DNA from: Okamejei kenojei | Taxonomy: Eukaryota | NCBI GenBank assembly: GCA_035221665.1 | Contig: CM069134.1 | Span: 15,066,001 to 15,130,000, forward strand | DNA: 64,000 nt | Reading direction: 5' to 3' | Shown: positions 57,859 through 64,000 of the stretch, piece by piece | Numbering within the stretch: the stretch's first letter is position 1 | Layout: the number at the start of each line of letters is the position of its first letter | Translations under genes and position numbers: made by a program | The notes under the pieces: generated by a model | The model's input: the letters and a program-made list of their open reading frames with translations, nothing else | Told to the model about the DNA's origin: nothing | Databases searched by the model: none

Positions 57859-58409
57859 AGGGCCTGTCCCACTTAGGCAATTTTTTTTAGGCTACTGCCG
57901 GCGACTAGGCTGTCGCCATATGGTCACCAGGGTGTCGCCTGTATGGTTGTGAGTAGTCTCATCAGTCGCCCAATGAATCGTAGCAGTTTTTCTGGTCGTC
58001 ACTGGATTTTGAAATGTTTAAAACTTTTTGGCGACTGTTGGCTTGACGCCAGTGAGCGTAGCTTGACATCTCCTGACGTAGGTGCTGTCGTAGATTGTCG
58101 CCAGGATGACGTAGGTTGTCGCCGGTGCTGACTTTGGTGAATTCTATTGGCGACTACCTACGTCAACCGGCGACTGAATTGTCTTACCTTGTCGCGGGTG
58201 GATGTAGGTTGTCGTAGGTGTGGTCGTAGGTGGACGTCCTCGTGTGTCGCCGGTTGTCGGTAGCTTTCCGTAGCTGGATGTTGACTAGGTGGAAGGTTGT
58301 TGTAGACATTGTCGTAGGGGGGTCCAGTCGCCATTTTTTTCGGTGATCTGCTACAGCTATGACAGTTGCTGGCATTCACCGAAAAAATCGCTTAAGTGGG
58401 ACAGGCCCA
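57859..58409. mobile_element. PIF/Harbinger-type MITE, TIR family of 32406-33104
   Basis: AGGGCCTGTCCCACTTA / TAAGTGGGACAGGCCCA; TTA TSD at 57856-57858 and 58410-58412; interior rich in GTCG/GTAGGT motifs. Confidence 0.9.
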
Positions 58410-58805
58410 TTATTCTACCTTTTCCTTTCGGATGTGCTTCATCTCTTCACCATTTGGGACTATTTTCAGCTTTCATTTTCAAATATCCGATATTCCCAGT
58501 TCCACTTTTTATCAGCATAGTTTATTTTACAGTCATCTTTCTGTGAAATCTCCCGTGTGGAATCTATTCTTAAACTGCGAGTTTAACCTTACTCTGATCT
58601 TGTGTACAATTTAGAGCAGAGAAAAATAACCTGAAAGATGTTATCTTTTTACCACTTTCAAAGGAATGTTTGCCTGTGATGCACTTTTTATACAGGTTAA
58701 CTTGTTTATAACTGGAACTCATCCTTGCAAGATATATGATCAATTATTTAGGAATTATTTGTGTATTCAATGTGCATAAAACATTGGCTGCAAACCTTTA
58801 TATAT

Positions 58806-59002
58806 AAGATGGGCACAAAAAACGGAGTAACTCAGTGGGTCAGACCCCATCTCTGGAAAAAAGGAATAGGTTTCGGGCCGAGACCCTTCTTCAGACCAGA
58901 AACGTCACCTATTCCTTTTCTCCAGAGATGCTGTCTGACCCACTGAGCTATTCCAGCTTTTTGTGTCTATCTCCGGTTTAAACCACCATTCCTTCCGATA
59001 CC
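58806..59002. mobile_element. Penelope-like mini-insertion: inverted pair of terminal repeats
   Basis: Left arm 58806-58871 is the imperfect reverse complement of 58908-58972; partial hammerhead cores lie in the centre. Confidence 0.8.
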
Positions 59003-59744
59003 TTCATGCATACCTTGAAAGAGTAGTTTTCACAGAAATCTCCTCCTAATATTTTATTTACAAATTTTTCAGAAAAGAAATAGGAAGTAAAGCCAACTAT
59101 GAAAGAGATTTAGCATTAAGCAGCTACAGCATTGCAGAATATGGGATACATTTTATGGTTTAGTGCTTCTGCTGCAGAGCTTTATGCATGATGGCACAAA
59201 GCAAGAAATCAGGTTTAGTGGTCAGTGTTTGCCCTGCATAGTTCCTGTCCAGCTACTATGCAAAAATAATAAAAAAAAGGTCTTAAATAAATCATGAAAT
59301 GATTTAATATGCTGGACCCAGTGAAAGTATTTCCTTTAGTGGAATCCAAAGCAAGCATGATTTTAATGTTAGCAATAAACAGTTGGGAAGCACATTTACA
59401 CACACAGAGGAGGGCATGGATAATTTAAAGTCTCCCTCCCACTATAATGCAAGCCATGGATAATTGCATTGTTTTATAACTAATGGACTTCAGGTACATT
59501 TCATCCCCTTTGGGACTAAATTCCAGAAAAGGCTCAAAATATACAAATCTACTGCTCACTGTCTTCAATATACTTGAAATTAGAACTCCAATGAAAGTGT
59601 GTGATATGAAAGATGCAGAAGGGAAGAGAACTGACAAAAATCATTTTAATTGGTTGTTGTGTCTGCAAATTGTTCAGTCAGAAGAAGGAATTGAATATCT
59701 GAAGACATGTTTTAAAATAGAAAAGAACACAAAGGAGATCTTGC

Positions 59745-60130
59745 CCAGTGGCGCAGTGGTAGAGTAGCTGCCTTACAGTGCACTACACAGTGCCTTACAC
59801 AGGTTCGATCCTGACTATGGGTACTGTCTGTATGGAGTTGGCACATTCTCCCCGTGGCCGCGTGGGTTTTCTCCGCGTTTTTCCCACATTCCTCCGGTTT
59901 CCTCCCACATTCCAGAGATGTGTGGGTGTGTAGTTTAATTTGCTTTTGTAAATTGCCCCTAAAGTGTAAAATTCAACAGTGGGATAACATAGAACTAGTG
60001 TACGAGTTGCCTCACCCGCTGAGTTTCTCCAGCATTTTTATCTACTAGTGTACGAGTGATCGCTGATCGGTGCGGACTCAGTGGGCCAAAGGACTTGTTT
60101 CCACGCTGTATCTCTAAACTAAACTAAACT
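59745..60130 (+). mobile_element. HE1-like V-SINE with a 36-bp Penelope terminal insert (60008-60043)
   Basis: A-box TGGCGCAGTGG, B-box GGTTCGATCC (59802-59811); 14-bp TSD ACTAGTGTACGAGT at 59994-60007 and 60044-60057. Confidence 0.88.
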
Positions 60131-60504
60131 TGTGCCTTTTCATTTTATGCGAAGGTAAAAACTATTTGTATAAATCTCATCTGCAAATTGCAAAGGGCCA
60201 CCCTGCATCTAGAAGGGATAACTGTTCATTCAAAGGCGCTCTTGGTTGTGATGTTCGTTGGAGGAGATTGCATTTTGGAGCTGCTCGTTCTGTGGAGAAT
60301 TCTTTTTCTCAATATTGAACTCAAAACGTGTTAAAATGGCTGCTTGAATCGTGGTTGTTCTGTTCTAGCTCCATGTGGAGACGATAGGACATCAAGGATT
60401 GTCTACTGTAACATAAGAGAAAGTGGAGAAGGGTGTTGGTCAGGAGTGATATAATCAATGCATTTACCTCCACCTGTACAACGAGAAAGGCATCTGGAAG
60501 CGAA

Positions 60505-61080
60505 TCAGTTTCAGTTTAGTTTATTGTCACGTGTACTGAGGTACAGTGAAAAGCTTTTGTTGCGTGCTATCCAGTCAGCAGAAAGACAATACATGATTGC
60601 AATCGAGCCATTTACGGTGTAAAGATACATGATAAGGGAATAATGTTTAGTGCAAGGTAAAGCCAGCAAAATCCGATCAAGGATCGTCTGAGGGTCACCA
60701 GTGAGGTAGATAGTAGGTCAGCACTGCTCTCTTGTTGTGGTAGAATGATTCATTCGCCTGATAACAGCTGGGAATGAGCTGTCCCTGAATCTGGAGGTGT
60801 GCGTTTTCACATTTCTATACTTTTGCCTGATGGGAGAGGGGAGAAGAGGGAGTGGCCAGGGCGCGACTTGTCCTTGATTATGCTGCTGGCCTTGCCAAGA
60901 CAGCGTGAGGTATAAATTGAGTCAATGGAAGGGAGTTTGTTTTGTGTGATGGTCTGGGCAGTGTCAACAATTCACTGCATTTGTTGTGGTCTTGGATGAA
61001 GCTGTTCCCAAACCAAACTGTGATGCATCCTGATAAAATGCTTTCTATGGTGCATCTGTAGGAGTTGGTGAGAGTTGTAA
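60505..61080 (-). mobile_element. Rex-Babar-like LINE 3' fragment
   Basis: ORF 60878-61153 TLTNSYRCTIESILSGCITVWFGN; tail ...CACGTGACAATAAACTAAAC. Confidence 0.82.
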
Positions 61081-61858
61081 TAATCTGACCTGAACTTGTA
61101 CATATCTTGTTATTGTGAATGGCCGATAAATAAATATTTCCAATATTGCACATGAGGAAAGGAATTCATCTCCTCTTTGAGAGCTTTTGGCAGCATGAGA
61201 ATGCAGAGCAACCGAGAAAATAAGCTTCTTGGAACATGGGAAACTAGGGATTCTTATCCAAAAAAATACTTGTATCGAACATGCGGATGGTATGTGACCA
61301 ATGCAAATATATCAGAAGGCACCTGGAAAGTACACCAATATATCATGAAGCATCTCAGATTTATCCCAAAACATAAAATTGACCTGCCTTCTAACTTGCT
61401 GTGACATTAATGTGAGATGACTCCAAGATTGCAATGACAGCTCCTATATAACAAATGAATGAGCGCCTGGAAAGGGTGAAAGCACTTTCAAGTGAGGAAT
61501 GTGTGACTTGGAATCCACTCTGCACATTTGATAGTCTTGTCTTTCTGGGTGGTTAATTTTAGCTGATGGATTATTTCTAGATTGTGAAGGACATAATAGA
61601 AAACAATAAGCAGGCTTCTGGGAAGAGCAGAAGTATCCTGAAGGAATCTCTGCCAAGCTCCATGGAGTCCTCCTTACATGGACATAATTCAATATGGTGA
61701 GTGCAGGTAAATATGATCCAAGTTTAAGTGGAGTTAGTTTATATGGAATCAATAAGTGCTGATCTCCCAGCGACACCCATCACTCAAGGTAGAATGAACA
61801 TAGAAAAAAACGGAATCTCCCTGTGACACGATTTAAATGTGACCATCTCTTTGTTAGC

Positions 61859-62007
61859 AGACAAAAATGCTGGAGAAACTCAGCGGGTGAGGCAGCATCT
61901 ATGGAGCAAAGGAATTCCTTCGCTCCATTGATGCTGCCTCACCCGCTGAGTTTCTCCAGCATTTTTGTCTACCTTCGATTTTCCAGCATCTGCAGTTCCT
62001 TCTTAAA
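61859..62007. mobile_element. Penelope-derived fold-back mini-element
   Basis: 112-bp spacerless palindrome at 61859-61970; 15-bp TSD CATCTCTTTGTTAGC at 61844-61858 and 62008-62022. Confidence 0.88.
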
Positions 62008-63084
62008 CATCTCTTTGTTAGCCCTCTTTTAGTGCAGGGGGAGAAAGGATGTAAAAAAAGCGCATGAAGTTCTGGACTTAGATGGATCAACTTCAAACTC
62101 TCCCATCTTATCATTTATGGTACCTGGGAACACAAATTCATACATTTAGTTAAAATACAATGTTTTTTAATAAAGTGTTTTGTGTCTGCAGACTGAATGT
62201 GGGATGGAAGGGACTTTTGATCGGTAGACAAAGTAGAATAGCTTTATATGCAACACATTAAATTAATTATATTGACTAAATGAGGTTAAGGGTGGCAGGA
62301 CAGATGGTATGATGTAACTTAGTGTGCCGGAACCAATGGAAATCATTGTGAACCCAGCAATCATGCGTTTTTGCAGCTTGATGAATCCTGGTTCAAAGTC
62401 CATGAGCTGGAGTCTGTGATTCATGCATAGTAATGAATCAAGGGGCGAAAACCTATTTGCATACTTTATTCCTGGAGCAAGGTCCACATTGGTGAAGTGA
62501 AGAGGTGGTTTCAGTGTCTCTCCTGCCACTTTTTCCAAATCATGCCCCCCTGAGCAGTTGGGTCACTTCAAGCTGTCGTTGGAGTTAGTTATGCACAGGT
62601 TATTTTCAAAGAGACTCTCGGGACTCCCGCGTTGACTTGGAGTATTTGATAATGCAAAAAAGATTACAATTGAGCTTGGAAAGAAGAGTATCTCCAACAA
62701 CAGGGACCCACCACTTCAATGTATGCTTTCTTATACAGATTAATATCTGAGCCACATTTTTATTCAGAACAAAGGGAGCAAATGGAACCAAGCATGACCA
62801 CCTTTTTTCGCAGTTAACAATCTCAACAAAAACCTTTTCACTGCAATCCCTCCCAGATTCTTTCTAAAATGTGAATAAATAAGCTGGAAATTAACTTTTA
62901 AAGTATCATTTGACTGTCATGTTCTCCAATGTACTGCGTTTGCAAATAAAAATGCTGAATTCTATGACGTAAGCCTACTTTAGTTCCATATCCTTTGGTT
63001 AAACAGAAAATAATGTCAGATTTATATTTGACCAAGCATTAGCTGTTATTTGTAAAGGGGAATTCCAAAATACTATCATGTTTT

Positions 63085-64000
63085 GGTTCTCCGAGGCAAG
63101 TAAATTCCTGTTAGAGTGAATGGCAAGGCAGGTGACCGTAAGGAAGCTTGGATGACTTGGGAAATTGAGGCTCTGGTCAAGAGTAAGGCGTGGAGCAGGT
63201 ATAAGCAGCTGGGAGCAAGTGGAAACCCGGAGGTGTTTTGGGAACTGAGGAGCAAGCTAAAACAGGAACTCAGGAGGGCAAAAAGGGGACAGGAGATAGT
63301 CCTGGCAGATAACATTAAGGATAATCCCAACAGATTTTATAAGTACATAAATGAAAAAAGGGTAACCAGAGAGAGAAATTGAGACCCCTCAGGAATTAAA
63401 GTGGTCAACTCTATGCAGAGCCAAAGGAGATGGCAAGGTCCTTAATGAGTATTTATCCTTTGTTTATACTGTGGAACTTGGGGACTGGGGAACTTGGGGC
63501 AGTCAATGGAAGTATCTAGCGAGCAGTACAGTATTGCGGTCAAGGAGGTGTTGAAAATTCTGATGCATATAAAGGTAGGCAAATCCTCTGGGCCTGATCA
63601 GATAAATCCGAGGACATTGTGCGAAGCTAGAGAGGAAATTGCAGGAACCTGGCTGAGATTTAATACAGGCGCGGTGTCGGAAGACAGGAGAGTGGCAAAT
63701 GTTGTGATTCTGTTCAAGAAGGGTTGCAAGGAAAAGCCTGGGAACTGTAGGCCAGTGAGAATAACATCTGTGGTCGGAAAGTATTCTGAGGGATAAGGTA
63801 TATGTGAATTTAGATGGACAAGGGCAGATTGGGAATAGTTGGCATGGTTTTGTACGTGGGAGGTCTTGTGTCATAAATCTGATTGAGTTTTTGAAGATGT
63901 GAAAGAAAAAGCTGATGGGACATAGCACATCAGCACACATGGATTTCAGCAAGGTATTCAACAAGGTTCCGCATGGTAGGCTGCTCTGGAAGGTTAGATC
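63085..64000 (+). mobile_element. Degraded CR1 LINE ORF2, runs off the window end
   Basis: ORFs 63116-63382 (IKDNPNRFYKYI) and 63494-63796 (KSSGPD, ANVVILFKKG, RPVRITSVVGK). Confidence 0.85.

Noticed and set aside
62263-62538. 91-aa minus ORF in apparently unique sequence
   Set aside because: No recognisable homology or supporting splice structure; the length is within chance expectation.

Overview
Eukaryotic, repeat-saturated non-genic or intronic DNA. The repeat inventory (HE1-type V-SINEs with CR1/HER1-like tails, Deu-domain SINE relics, Rex-Babar-like LINEs) points to a cartilaginous fish, probably a skate or ray (inference). I found no host gene I can support; the recognisable ORFs are transposon fragments. 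Contents: many CR1 LINE pieces (the one at 1-1770 is nearly intact), Rex-Babar-like fragments, an L1-like 3' half, a Penelope-like element with RT and GIY-YIG remnants plus many short terminal-repeat copies carrying minimal hammerhead ribozyme cores, a Ty3/Gypsy element (TSD, PBS, LTRs), a truncated DIRS-like element, a 1.7-kb non-autonomous Helitron, six PIF/Harbinger-type non-autonomous elements, and a CpG-rich non-autonomous retroposon family with conserved ends and divergent interiors that I cannot name. Many insertions are nested with readable target-site duplications (TSDs). Boundaries defined by TSDs or TIRs were counted by eye; boundaries of degraded fragments are approximate.
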